A stretch of 57,164 bases of DNA, filler included, from Basidiobolus ranarum (GCA_040143965.1; 7 parts of 7 records of this genome joined end to end with filler, not necessarily neighbours in it); one strand, 5' to 3'. Shown: positions 12,287 to 24,775, numbered from the whole stretch's first letter. A program made the numbers and translations. The notes: a model not told the origin generated them from the letters alone.

Positions 12287-13669
12287 ATGAGCACTCCCTC
12301 TCCTGACTCCATTCCCAACTACTCTTCAGGAGATATTGCCTGGGTCATGGTTTCCACTAGTCTTATTTTTCTAATGATACCTGGAGTTGGGTATTTTTAT
12401 AGTGGATTGGCTCGCTCGAAAAATGCTCTCTCTCTGATAATGTTAAGCTGCTTGTCGGTGGCAGTGATTCTAATTCAATGGTTCATTTGGGGTTATTCTC
12501 TTTGTTTCAGTCGTAGTGGTAGTCAGTTTATTGGTAACTTAGATCATGCCTTTCTACGGGATGTGTTGGGAGGACCTAGTGTTGGTAGTCCCAAGATACC
12601 TGACCTCGCCTTCATGATCTATCAATGCATGTTTGCAGCAATTGCACCCGCGCTAGCGATCGGGGCTTCAGCGGAACGTGCTAGAATTCTCCCTACCATT
12701 GTGTTTATCTTTGTTTGGGCGACTCTTGTCTATGATCCTATTGTATATTGGACTTGGTCCCCAGATGGTTGGTTAATGAAGTTAGGAAACCTCGATTTCG
12801 CCGGAGGAACCCCAATCGAAATTTGCTCAGGTGTTGCCGCTCTAGCTTACGCGATTAAGATAGGAAAAAGAGAGGGACACGGTACCGAGGAATTCAAAGC
12901 CCATAACATGTCCAATGTAGTAATGGGCACCGCATTTCTTTGGTTTGGTTGGTTCGGTTTCAATGGTGGATCTGCCTTAGCCGGATCACTCAGAGCAGTG
13001 ATGGCAATCGTGGTGACAAACATTTCCGCGGCAGCTGGTGCATTAACTTGGGTATTGATCGATTACTTTCGTACTGGACGAAAATTCTCTGCCTTCGCAT
13101 TCTGCTCTGGAGCAGTTGCTGGGTTGGTCGTTATTACACCTGGGTCAGGATACGTCGGTCCAGCTGCAGCCTTACTATTCGGAGTTTGTGGCGGTGTAGC
13201 ATGTAATTATGCACGTCATTTAAATCATCTCTTGGACTTTGATGATGCTTTGGATGTATTTGCAGTGCACGCAGTAGGTGGCGTTCTTGGAAATCTTTTA
13301 ACCGGTATATTCGCAGAACAACGAATTGCCGCCCTAGACGGTACCATCATTGCCGGTGGATGGCTCAATGGTAATTACATACAAATTGTCTACCAGCTTG
13401 CCGGTAGTGCAGCAGGATTTGCTTGGACATTTGTCGTTACCTATCTGATATTATGGGTCATGGATAAAATTCCGGGATTAAGTCTTCGTGCGGATGCAGA
13501 AAGTGAAAGACTTGGACTGGATCTTTCTGAATTAGGAGAATCCGCTTATCACCATGTAGAAAGTCACTTGGCACGTTCTAAGAGTCTTTCCGAAGTGACA
13601 GAGATTAGTGACAATGAATTCAATAAGGAGAAAGATCTATTCTCTACTGAACATTGTCCGAGTATGTAA
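12287..13669 (+). CDS. Ammonium transporter (Amt/Mep family), intronless, 460 aa
   Basis: Motifs GYFYSGL, QCMFAAI, DFAGG, FLWFGWFGFNGGSA, VAGLVVITPGSG, DDALDVFAVHAVGG, with multiple transmembrane helices. Confidence 0.97.
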   Translation: MSTPSPDSIPNYSSGDIAWVMVSTSLIFLMIPGVGYFYSGLARSKNALSLIMLSCLSVAVILIQWFIWGYSLCFSRSGSQFIGNLDHAFLRDVLGGPSVGSPKIPDLAFMIYQCMFAAIAPALAIGASAERARILPTIVFIFVWATLVYDPIVYWTWSPDGWLMKLGNLDFAGGTPIEICSGVAALAYAIKIGKREGHGTEEFKAHNMSNVVMGTAFLWFGWFGFNGGSALAGSLRAVMAIVVTNISAAAGALTWVLIDYFRTGRKFSAFAFCSGAVAGLVVITPGSGYVGPAAALLFGVCGGVACNYARHLNHLLDFDDALDVFAVHAVGGVLGNLLTGIFAEQRIAALDGTIIAGGWLNGNYIQIVYQLAGSAAGFAWTFVVTYLILWVMDKIPGLSLRADAESERLGLDLSELGESAYHHVESHLARSKSLSEVTEISDNEFNKEKDLFSTEHCPSM

Positions 13670-14939
13670 TGCTTTCTTTATCCCTAAAATCATCCATGTT
13701 GTATCCATCTTGGCATCCGCTCTGTTCATCTGTACATCACACCACTCACCATTCCTCCTCTTTGTTCCTTAAAAATCTTGACATTTACCCGAGAGAAGTT
13801 CTCCCTTCTCCCATATTCTTTGAAGTGAATCAAATAGGTATCAATCATATTAGGTGGATTATTCATATATTATCTGTAACATACAAAAAGAGTGATTCTA
13901 CCTCAGTTAATCCAAATAAATCATCCTCAAAATGAATCCGACGACCGTTACGAGTTCTCCCGTAATCTCGATTTCAACCATTCCCATCATTTTTATCGGG
14001 AATATCAAGAGCAAACAGTAGAAAGTTTGGATGTGCATATATTATAATAACAAGTCATGTACAACTTGATAGAATTCAGGAATGCTTAGATATCTTGTTA
14101 TCTCATAGTACGGTAGAATCCGGGATATCCATTCATACGCATACTAAATTCAGTTAATGAATTATTATCCAACTAGAATGGATTTTTTCATTGAAAAATC
14201 GCTTTCAGTTGCTTAGTGAGTACAAAACGGTATCCCATTTATCAGCTTTTTAATCAAACATGTATTGATGAGCATTTGGGTTGACTCGAGATAGGTGAGA
14301 ACACCTTTTTTATTTGGGACTTGAGTAGGAATTCATTAGTTAGTTAGTATGATATTCTACAACATAACGTACTTCAATTTCGAATCACCCTATTATTAGA
14401 ACGGGGTTGGTGTTTCTTCCGTATTAAGCATACCTTGAAGTCCTAATGAAAGGGGAAATGGCTAGAATTCCTGTTATAGTGGTTAAGTTTAAAGGCCGCA
14501 GGATCTGTGTCTAAATAGTGAGATGCGAAATCGTTGGAGCAGAGCAAATTAAGCCCCAGAACTGGAAGGCATCCAAGTCTTTTTCAGTGGAGCAGAGGTG
14601 GGGACGATACCAATAATAGATAATGTAAGTTGGAAGAGTGTTGCTAAAGACTATTCTACAGCCTTCGCATATCTTGACACCTCGGGATTTGTTTTTGATG
14701 CTTCTCTATCAGTCAATAGTTACTGATCTCGGTAGCATTATTCAAGGGAAGTGCTTAACTGATGGAAGAACATTATAAGTCTATCTTGAATACATAAAAA
14801 TATCCACACAAGTGTGTTTGCTTGTATTAAAAGTGAGGAAACTAACCAAATGAGCACTTCATTAGTTCTAATGTATTGACAGATTAAATCAACAAATGCT
14901 ACTTATTACACATTCGAACTTTGTTTCTAGATGGATTTT

Positions 14940-15620
14940 TCAATTGAGAATATCTCTGTATTTACTGCTTGATTCATTTTCATATCTGTCACATAGCCTA
15001 ATTAGAGCTTTTACTAACAGTTAATGAAGATATAGCTTAAGCATCTATATAGTCATTGTTGAAATTAGCATTGCCTGAACACCTATATAGTCATATATAG
15101 CTTAGTATTTAGCTATCCAATATTGAACTAAGATATTACCCATTATTCTCGATCGGAGTTTGGTTAGAATATTTTTACCATTATTAAAGTTCTCAGCTAT
15201 ATAGATTTTTCAAAGAAGCCCCAAACTTTGCACAAATGTTTCTGGGATCTTCCTCAACACATTCTACATGCTTGTTTGCGTACATCTTAACAAAACTATA
15301 AATGTCAACTAAATAATCAATAAATCAATAAGTGAAAACTACCAATTTCTTTAGTTCTCCGAACCGCTTCCAACTGGGTCCCAAAATACTTTAACAGTCA
15401 TAGACCTAAATTTTGCTCTGTTATTACTCTATCTTCATAAGGAATTTACTTACAATATTGAGACCCACTTTCAAGTTCTCGGAATATATGATGCTCTCAA
15501 ACTTGTCCAACGGACCCCAAATTCTGTACTTCATATATTGGTTTATCTGCTTCTTGACAAAATTTGGCTCTTGACGTGTACACCACTGTTTCTTCCAGTT
15601 CTCCAAATCCCTTCCGAGAA
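14940..15620 (+). repeat. Decayed ORF of an unidentified repeat family (copy 2), split by a solo LTR
   Basis: LLTVNEDIA*ASI*S before the LTR and KFCSVI..YLHKEFTYNIETHFQVLGIYDALKLVQRTPNSV after it. Aligns with the minus strand of ~8360-8560. Confidence 0.5.
15057..15396 (+). mobile_element. Solo LTR, copia family A (340 bp), with perfect 5-bp target-site duplication
   Basis: TGTTGAA...TTTAACA flanked by GTCAT (15052-15056 and 15397-15401). Similar to the PPT-preceded LTR at 49324-49670. Confidence 0.93.
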
Positions 15621-16013
15621 CTTGCAAAAAAACTCCAACAATATGAACAAATATATGTATGAAAATAGGGCTTATTAATCAGAATGTATCTGTCAGCTTA
15701 GCTCAACAAATTGTAGACAATGCAATAATTCAAACGAGTACATATCGGAATCTCTAAAATTAGATGAAAAGTTTCAATAACTTTTGATATATCCAAGATC
15801 AGCAAAACTTCTATAAATAACTTGGTTATTCATAGGAATATGAGGGAAGCTTTTTTAACTGATAAATATGTGCTTCATATTGTAGTAATAGAGGTTTCAT
15901 ATAAGGCACTATATCAGAGTAGTTGGATGATGACCTTTCTTTATGCAGCACACAACAAACGAACTTCTCGATCTTCCAAAGCTCTAAAATGCTACAGAGA
16001 CCACCTGGCTATC

Positions 16014-16292
16014 TGTTAAAGTATTTGGGAGCCTGTTGGAAGTGGTTTGGAGAATTTGAGGAACTGGTGGTTTTCACTTATTGATTTATTGAGTATTCAT
16101 TTGGCATTTATAGTTTTGTCAAGATGTAAACAAGCTAACATGTAGAATGTGCTAAGTGTTGAAATTAGTATTGCCTAAACACTGTTGAAGTTTATTGTCT
16201 TTATCATATTTGTTATCTCTATCTTTATACACCTAACTATTTCATATATCACATATAAGTTAGTTAACATTACTTAGTCAAATATCACTTAG
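16014..16292. mobile_element. Three nested LTR ends: reverse LTR-A (16014-16156), forward LTR-A start (16157-16182), probable third LTR type (from 16183)
   Basis: TGTTAAAGTATTTGGGAGCC is the reverse complement of the LTR-A 3' end. Abrupt TGTTGAAATTAG at 16157 and TGTTGAAGTTT at 16183. Confidence 0.8.
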
Positions 16293-16392
16293 NNNNNNNN
16301 NNNNNNNNNNNNNNNNNNNNNNNNNNNNNNNNNNNNTTAATTAATTAANNNNNNNNNNNNNNNNNNNNNNNNNNNNNNNNNNNNNNNNNNNN
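16293..16392. other. Artificial contig linker
   Basis: 100 nt of Ns around TTAATTAATTAA. Confidence 0.98.
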
Positions 16393-16508
16393 AACTTCTA
16401 AGTAAAATCCTCTTGAGAATAGTGGGTGATATCTTAGTTCAATATAGAGTAACTAAATACTAAGCTATATATGACTACATAGGTGTTTAGGCAATGCTTA
16501 TTTCAACA
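16393..16508 (-). mobile_element. LTR-A fragment at contig start
   Basis: Reverse complement of the LTR-A 5' end, ending GGCAATGCTTATTTCAACA. Confidence 0.85.
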
Positions 16509-18034
16509 GAGAGCAGCTTGAATCTTATATAACAAAGCATTTGGAAATATTATCAATAATATAGTGTAAGTGCTTTTAGCATGGTTTTGTGGAATCCAAC
16601 CTTGTTTTCACGAATCGAGTCTATTGCGCATTCACATGACAGCAACCAAGAATAAATTTAAGTATCGAGCACATAGGCCAAGTTGCCGATTGGATACTCT
16701 CCAGAAGTACATTGTTTATCCTTCAATTTCAGACTTCCATGGCATTGTTTCATTCTCCACTTCAATATAACTCGGTACAAAACTGAAATCAATTATCTCT
16801 AGAAGAACCGTCGAGTATCCCTATCGGTGCTCTGTGAATCAGTTCAAATCCTCTGAAGAGCTGGTTTCGAAAGCATTCATATTGTTGAGAATATGCTGAG
16901 CAGACTCGCAGTAGTGACATACTCATACTACATGAGATGATATAGGCTAAGCAAATCCGAGAACTAGACGAAACTCAGGGTTACAAGTGGATATTTCTTG
17001 GTAGGTGTTTATAAATTTGCGGATATTTGGTTGCCAACATGAATTTCCTATTTACTCCAAAGACAACTCCAATTTATCTCTGGTTTAAAGTGAACATCTT
17101 ATTTCATTAATTTCACTCTATAGCTGCCAATGTTTAGTAATCTTCGTGAAAGCTAAAGATGAGCCTCACTTATGGCAGTCTTGGATAGTCATAATTTTTA
17201 GTGATTGTTTCAGTCATATCGTGCTCGAAATACTGCAAGAGTGGAAGGAAGTCGACACATTTAAGAATAAAAGAGGTACTGAAGTTTTATATATCCAAGA
17301 TATCAGCTGCTTAGTGGAGGGTTATCAGTGTAAAATATAAACTTGTGGTGATCTTTCTGCTATACGTAGCTTGTTTCCTGTAGCATTGAAATGGTAACAA
17401 GAATCAACCCAGATGGTCATTAGAATACTATTCTTACTGCATTTTCCGCCGATTTTATCATTTGCAACAAGTTACCAGCCAGTGTTTAAAAGCATGTTAT
17501 TGTAAGACTCGACGACTTATCCTAGCAGTATCACTACAAATCTTCGCTAAACAATTGGTCACTCCCGTTGCGTCGTAAGCAATGGTAGACAATACGTGTC
17601 CCAGCATTGTGCTGGCGATTCCAGTAGTATTGCAGGTGGTCTGATTTCAATTATGTCTCTGAAATGCAAGCGAAATCCGGTTTATGATGCTTGGCCAAAA
17701 ACCAAATTTGGCTGAAACAGTATTCAAGTGGGCATTGGATCCCCACAGGTGGTAGCTAGATGAAACCAGTGCTGGGTAGTTTTACATTTATTTCAAGGTA
17801 TACTAGACATCGATCAGAGGAGCTGGATATTTCGGATTTTGTTTGTGCAGTGTGGGTTACATTAGTTCCACTCATGAGGTGTCGTATTAAGAAGATTCAT
17901 TCTTGAACCAGCAAAATGGGATTTAAATACAAAATTGATATTATTCTATGGGGCTAGATGTTGGAGTCCAGTGTGTACAAGATAACAAGCCATATACAAG
18001 TGAGGTTGTCACGGGATACATCCTTGGATCGGTG

Positions 18035-18613
18035 TTATCCCAAGCGCTGACCATCTCGGGCAATCTTAGGGGTGAGAGAAAATCGAACAGTAAGCTCGTA
18101 TCGATTCCGTTTCTCATCGACCAGAAAGCCACGGACTAGCATGTCATCGAAGCTGTTAATCGAACGGAGTCTACGTCGGACCTGATCCAGTTCGTCTTTT
18201 GGTGCAGACGTCCTCTTGTCCACCTGGGCAAGGAAGAATCGTTTTTGATTTCCTCTCGCTGTAGTTTCCTCGATGGTGTAAAGAGATACTTCAATCTTCT
18301 CTGAAAATTGAATGTTCTTGAAATCCTTCTTGCGTGCTTGATTTTCAGTTCTGATCCTTGAATGTGAACTATCCATCGAGGGAAGTGGATTTAAAAACAC
18401 TTGTCCATAGCGCTTCTCATCACTGGATGTTCGTGATTTAGAAGAACTAAAGTTGATTGATGGAAGTGTAGCAATGGCTGTACATGGAGAGCCAGGGTCG
18501 GTGAAGAAAATTCTTCCATGACGCTTTTGACTTTGACGAGTCTGCAAGCGCCTATATGAGCAATGAGGGTGGCCAGCTGAACCGGCAACGGGCGGATATC
18601 TTAGAGCTTCCAT
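18035..18613 (-). CDS. Uncharacterised basic protein (~192 aa from MEALRYP)
   Basis: Uninterrupted ORF in CpG-normal sequence. The MEALRY ATG is at 18613, although upstream in-frame starts exist. Contains KNIQF and a C-terminal SFDDML...TVRFSLTP. Confidence 0.65.
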   Translation of the reverse strand: MEALRYPPVAGSAGHPHCSYRRLQTRQSQKRHGRIFFTDPGSPCTAIATLPSINFSSSKSRTSSDEKRYGQVFLNPLPSMDSSHSRIRTENQARKKDFKNIQFSEKIEVSLYTIEETTARGNQKRFFLAQVDKRTSAPKDELDQVRRRLRSINSFDDMLVRGFLVDEKRNRYELTVRFSLTPKIARDGQRLG

Positions 18614-21600
18614 GGCTCGTAAAACAATACTGTATCCAAAGCAGTTATTGAGAGCGTAGGTTTGATACGTGAGTAATATTATGGTAAGCATGAGGTGGTG
18701 AGCCGCTTTTATACGCTTCACCCTTTCATTTACCGGGCCTTCTAAATTTGGCCAACTATGGAGATTGGCTGGGATAAAGATTTTCGACTCTCATTTACGT
18801 AGAACTCAATCAGAATCGATACTTACATCGTCCATATAGATTTCAGAAACCAATCCAACAACAATCCATTTCATCTAAGTTTTCATATTCTGTGCACAAT
18901 TTTACCTTTTCATTCATGTCAAACCCGTCTAATGATTTCTTCGCGTGCGAAATAGCATTATGAGCAATTCTTCCACTATTTGATGCCCCCATTGGACGAA
19001 TACCTTGGAGATTATCAGTGGAGGCTCATATCCTTCAGTGCTGTAGGTCGCTGCCTGCAGATCAGCCATCTGCTAGTGGGAAGAGGGTTACAAGTTCGAC
19101 GGATTAAACTGCCAAATAGTAACTCCTTGCGAACGCCTTGTCTTTAAAAATAGATTGTGATTAATCTGCTACATTGCCAATCACTAGACATGATATCTTC
19201 ATGATGGTTTGTTAATTACTACTCAACTAATATTTTTAATAAATACAATATAATCTTTGGCCGTTGGCAGAGACACACGCAATTTAATATCAAAGACGAT
19301 CCATTTGAGGAGCTGCACCACTTGACATGAACGGCAACAATCGTCAACAGTGCTTCTGAATCTTGTATATTGAGATAATAGTTCGATATCTACACTTTCA
19401 GCGAGAACACGAGACTCGATGCATACGAATCTTACATTGAATACCGTTCATTTACTATGAAGCCGTTTGACTTTGTAACATTAGCAGGATGTTTGATACT
19501 GTGCGCTCACGTGACTGGTATTTGCTGATGTGGCTGTCGATCCTATTGGAGAAATAGTGAGGTTGAATTCTACCGCCTTGTATAATGGGCAAGAGTGATC
19601 AATACATAAGCCTCCGAAATCCCCCATTTTCTCAAGAGAAGACTCTCCATAGCCGGTCTCAAACTAACATTTGAAAAGTGGGAAGAGTAATCACTTTATC
19701 GGGAAATGTGATACTTGATCGTCTTCAGGCGCCTTGATACAGGAAACGACCCGAATATGATAGAACAACCCAATGCCTATTCGTAGTTAGACTATTTCTG
19801 CAGGTGCAGATTCCACTCTCATTCGGTCACTGAGACCGCCAGTTTTGCACAAACTCTGGGATTCTACACTGATCATCAACCTAAGGGAAGCTGCCATTGA
19901 GTTGCCCCAGGCATCTCGCTATGTACCAGGGATTCATATATGATCATCCTGTCGACAATAACGTCTCTGTATCATTGATCGATAGAGGAGAGGAACAAGC
20001 CCTTTAAATCTCTCATATTTTGGATGATTTTCAGAATGTAATGGTATTGCTTGCTCATATCTTAGTGATTTTCGAAATCCCTTCATTTAGGATGGCTGAG
20101 ATGAAGCACCTTGACTTAGCCTCAACTATAGCTCCAATCAAGGGGGTTCTTATGCATAGCCACCCCCTCCCATCAATACCAGTTTTTGAATCCTAATTGA
20201 AATAGAGTTATTCAATTATTTTTACGGTTTTAAATTAAAGGATAGCACTCCTTTTACAGAACTCAAACCGTGTTGACTAGCCAAACTCCAGAGGTTTAGG
20301 GGATGACTAGTGGTAGACTTTACGTATAAGGTCAAACTATCCAGTTTAACAATTTGGGATGGCGGTGCTGATACATGATATATTCTGTATACTAAAACAT
20401 GTCATCTGGAAACCCGCAGGATACCTGATAATCTGCTATGGATAGAAAAAGGATAAATTCAGCCCTCATACTTGTAAATCACAATGGCTGTCGATGAGAT
20501 ACCAACAGTTAACGCATCCAGTTTTTTGTATGTCTTATGATCTGGGGGCCTTGTAGAAAATAGTGGGATGAAACTCCAAGTGACTTTTGCTGTGGGCGAA
20601 GATTCAAGCAGATTCATGCCCCCATCAATCATACAACGATATGGACCAAGAGGCAAAACGCATTATACTGATCATCACCAACCAGAAACATACTGTTCAC
20701 AGATATCATAAAATGTACCCAGATTTAGTAGTAATATACCTCTTGCTAATGTCAATGGTATCACAATCGAGGTATGACCAGAAAGTTCATATAATAGCCA
20801 GTGCTAAGATGCCACTCTGAGGCAATGATGCTTAGCTATTTTGCTTCCTACTCAGCTGCCCTGGAAACCAAGAGTTGGTTGAGTGACTATATATCTATGC
20901 TGAGGAAACAGCTGATACTTTACCCCATGTTCCCCATATCTATGTTAAACCATTAAATTAGGTACTGTCCTATGGTAGATAACTGTCTTGTAGATGAATT
21001 GAGCATGCTGCCTAAAAAGATCATAGTTGGGGATGCCAAGCATTGTATACACATTTTTTCATATTGTTTGATATGGTGGAAGGAAATGGCCTACTACGGA
21101 TAGCTAGGCCAGGGGATATGGGAGCAGAGACTACTTGTCTGATACAATACGCTTTTACATATCGTCAAGCTCATGATTCTGGATATATCTCCTGCCATTG
21201 GGAAAATCAGAAATGAATTTTATTGGCTAGTCTCTTCAACCTGTGCCTGATCGAGGTTATGTTCCAGCGCCTGATGAGGATAGGTGTTGTTGGTGCCATT
21301 ATTTCCAGCCAGGTTGTTTCAAAACATGCCGATGACATCAATCAATGTTGACTCTAGTTCTCTTGGCCAATTTGCAAACGATCACCTAAAAGGGAAGTTA
21401 GTTGGAACTCAAAAGCCAACTTACACCAACTGACCCAGTTTGGGAATCCAAAGCTGGAGGCCCTTCATCGGGAAAATTCTAGATTTTGGATGCATTTTAC
21501 AGTACATACCATTTGTACTTCGGGGTATTGAGGGAAATTGACAAGTTAGGAATCATTATCGTTGAACAGAAATTTGTATTACTAGAACATGGAGTTTGAT

Positions 21601-21945
21601 TTAGAAGTAGGTTTCAGTATCCACAAATGAGCCCTAAGAGGCTCAAGAGGACGCACGATCCTTCAACAGGCATGATTGTCTATAAATGTGTATGTTAGTG
21701 TAATCCATACGTGCATTTGAGTAGCCGAAGAAAAATGGTAAATTGGCAAAATCTACAATACGCCATCCATTATTCGACAGCCAGCCAGTACACAGAATGT
21801 GACACCGAGAAAGTACTTAGCACATGCCAAAGTTATATAAGGTCTTCAAGGGTGCTTGATATCATATCAATTGATCGAATTCCACTTCTTTCTTTCAATC
21901 CATTTACTTGTACAATCCTCATACAACTTCCACTTACTTGACACT

Positions 21946-23087
21946 ATGGCTTTGGCGAAGATGCTGAAACCCAGATTCGAGATAGAGCTCGAGCGGGATA
22001 CATTTATGAAGAGCTTCGATTTTGACACCAGTCTCAGCAGTTTTATTCGAGGAAGAGTCCTATTTCATCCTAAAATCAAAGCTTGTCTAAACGAACTGGT
22101 TCTGATTCTTGAGGGGAAATTATCTGTAGATCCACCAGATGGTGAGTAGCAATTCCCGCTTCCTCTTCTTTGGCAACTTATAACTGACATATCATCCCAC
22201 CCATAGGTTACAAAAACGTCGAAAAGACAATCATTGAACAAAAATTGATTCTTTCCGAAAGAAACGATCGAGGTATACCATTGTCACCTACTTGTCACGT
22301 ATACCCTTTCGAGATCTGTCTTCCAGGAGACCTCCCGGAATCCTTTCGGGGCGACTATGGCTCTTTGACATACAAACTTCGTGCTTCTGGCACCCTCTCC
22401 GACTATTGGTCGGTATCCTCATTAAAAACCGAACGTAATTTGCAAATCTTTAGGGATATGTATCCATTGTATGATACCTATAATAGAACCATTTCTGGAA
22501 ATTGGAAGAATTCTTTATTCTACGAGGCTACTCTTCCTACTAATGGATATACCCCCGGTGACTTCATTCCTATTAAATTTAAATACCATGTTCAGGGCAA
22601 TGCTATTCGTGTCAACTTGGCTATCAGCTACCTTCGTGAAATGAGTGTGTATCGGGTGCCATCCGATGAATCTACCACTGGATGCATTCTCCGCGAAGAC
22701 CGTAAGACCATAGACCTCGATGGCTATTACGAGGAGGGCTCTTCAGAGGGTGAATGTGAGTTGAAACTTAAAGTTCCAGGAAATTTTACTAGCTATGGAT
22801 GTATTGGCGAGTACGCCCAACTTACACATAAAATATGCTTCCGCGTGGACTGTGAAGTAAATGGGCAGAGTGAATCTCTTACCTTTACACTGCCGATCTT
22901 TATCATTCCTAGTAACTATGCTAACCTTTCGTTGGACACACACGTTGAAGATGAACTGCCATCATACGACATTATCCCTCCTCCCCCTTCATATGAAATG
23001 ATACGCTCTCATGCCTTTGAGCAACAGCCCATATCTTACGAAAGCGCCATCGCTTCACTGTCATGCAACAGTGTTGTTGTCTCCTGA
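21946..23087 (+). CDS. Alpha-arrestin (ART-like Rsp5 adaptor), 358 aa; exons 21946-22141, 22207-23087
   Basis: In-frame GTGAGT...CTGAC...TAG intron. Arrestin-N motif YPFEICLPGDLPESF..YGSLTYKLRA and C-terminal PY motifs LPSY and PPSY. Confidence 0.9.
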
Positions 23088-24050
23088 TTTTAAGTCTTTT
23101 GGGCATCGAGCCCTATCCGAACTTGAAAGATCTTCATGTACATTTTACCACATATTTTGACTGTTATCATATATCATATTTGTACATACTGTAAGCTGTC
23201 ACGCATTTTCCAATAAATCGATTTTCGTAAAAAACCGGAACCAGTGACTAACCTGAATCGCGTGGCCAATTATAGCTATTTCAAATGATAATAAAAGGAA
23301 ATGATTTTGTGGAGTTTTGCGCAGGTTTCAAGTCGGGTATGACGATTCTCTCTGCCAATGATTGTCAGTAGTACTGAGTTCTCACACAATCATACCATCT
23401 CTTCCCGCATATATATATATTAATAAATTCATACACCTATGCAAGGATGTTCTTGCAATCGCGTATATATGACTGACTGGATATTTTTTGTATATCCGCT
23501 ATCGAGATATTATAGAAACACGAGCAACCATTGGCTGGTGAAGAGTAATTTAACGAAAATCACCGAATTTTGATAGTATGAATCGGTAAGCGAATATTGA
23601 ACTGGTGAATATGCACTATAGATTCAATCACAATGGAGCATATCTGATTAAGTGACTTGAGTATATTTAGCAATGGCTGCCCTCGACCTTCTCAGTAGCA
23701 TTCTTCTTTCAATGATGCCAGAGGTGATCAGTGAGTTTTATGAGCTACAGATTTATCACTCGAAACCAGGGTACTTTCTGACACAGCATAGGAAGGATTA
23801 TTAGTTCTTTTGGACACAAGTCATCAAACTCTAATGCTGCTTTATATCTCTAGGATGACCTTGAATTAACATTGCGATTTAAATATAAATTAGTATATAT
23901 ATCTTCTATTTGTAGCAATTACCCTGTAAACGTGATTCTCATGAGAAAATCTCGGCTTAGCCAACATCATACTGGTTAGGAGGGGTAGTACGAATAATGG
24001 ATGGATCCCATGACTTAGTTACAACAAGTTAAACTAAACAAATTAGAAAT

Positions 24051-24482
24051 GAAAGCTGACATATATAGTTTTGTCAGGAGGTTAACAAGAAAATGTGCAG
24101 AATGTGTTAGATGTTGAAATTAGCATTGCCTAAACACCTATATAGTCATATATAGCTTAATACTTAGTTATCTTATAATTCACTAAGATATTATCCATTA
24201 TTCTCAATCAGAATTTACTTAGAATATTTTTACCAACTTAGAAGTTCTCAGATGTATAGATTTTTCAAACTTGTGCTAGAAGCCCCAAACTTTGCACACA
24301 TGTTCCTGGGACCTTTCTTAACACACTCTACATGTTTTTTTGTTTACATCTTGACAAAACTATAAATGTCAACTTTCTACTAAATAAATCAACAAGTGAA
24401 AACCACCAATTCCTCTAATTCTCCAAACCACTTCCAACAGGCTCCCAAAAACTATAACATTAGGGAAGGTTCCAGGAACATG
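24051..24482 (-). mobile_element. Older reverse LTR-A fragment hosting a forward solo LTR
   Basis: 24051-24111 and 24460-24482 rejoin to the reverse complement of LTR-A (GAATGTG-TTAG.-GAAGGTTCCAGGAACATG). Confidence 0.75.
24112..24459 (+). mobile_element. Solo LTR-A (348 bp), TSD TTAGA/TTAGG
   Basis: TGTTGAAATTAGCATTGCC...ATAACA, highly similar to 49324-49670. TSD matches at 4 of 5 positions. Confidence 0.9.
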
Positions 24483-24582
24483 NNNNNNNNNNNNNNNNNN
24501 NNNNNNNNNNNNNNNNNNNNNNNNNNTTAATTAATTAANNNNNNNNNNNNNNNNNNNNNNNNNNNNNNNNNNNNNNNNNNNN
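24483..24582. other. Artificial contig linker
   Basis: 100 nt of Ns around TTAATTAATTAA. Confidence 0.98.
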
Positions 24583-24775
24583 AGCATACGTGCAAAGATT
24601 GGGGCTCCTAGCAAAAAGTTGAAAAATCTATATATCTGAGTACTTCTGATCTGGTAAGTATATTACAAGTAAGTTCTGATTGAGAATGGAGAGTAATATC
24701 TTAGTGAAATACAGGATAAACAAATACTGAGCTATATATAAATATATAGGGCTTTTGACAATACTAATTTCAATA
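24583..24775 (-). mobile_element. Diverged LTR-A fragment at contig start
   Basis: Reverse complement of the LTR-A 5' half, ending CTAATTTCAATA. Confidence 0.75.

Noticed and set aside
19000-21700. Possible hidden gene or pseudogene in the long intergenic region
   Set aside because: No frame I read gave a recognisable protein motif. Left unannotated, and a blastx search would settle it.
24460-24775. Reverse LTR-A seems to continue across the linker (also 16014-16508)
   Set aside because: Contigs break in repeats and are ordered by length. The 16014/16508 flanks (CTATC vs GAGAG) are not a TSD.
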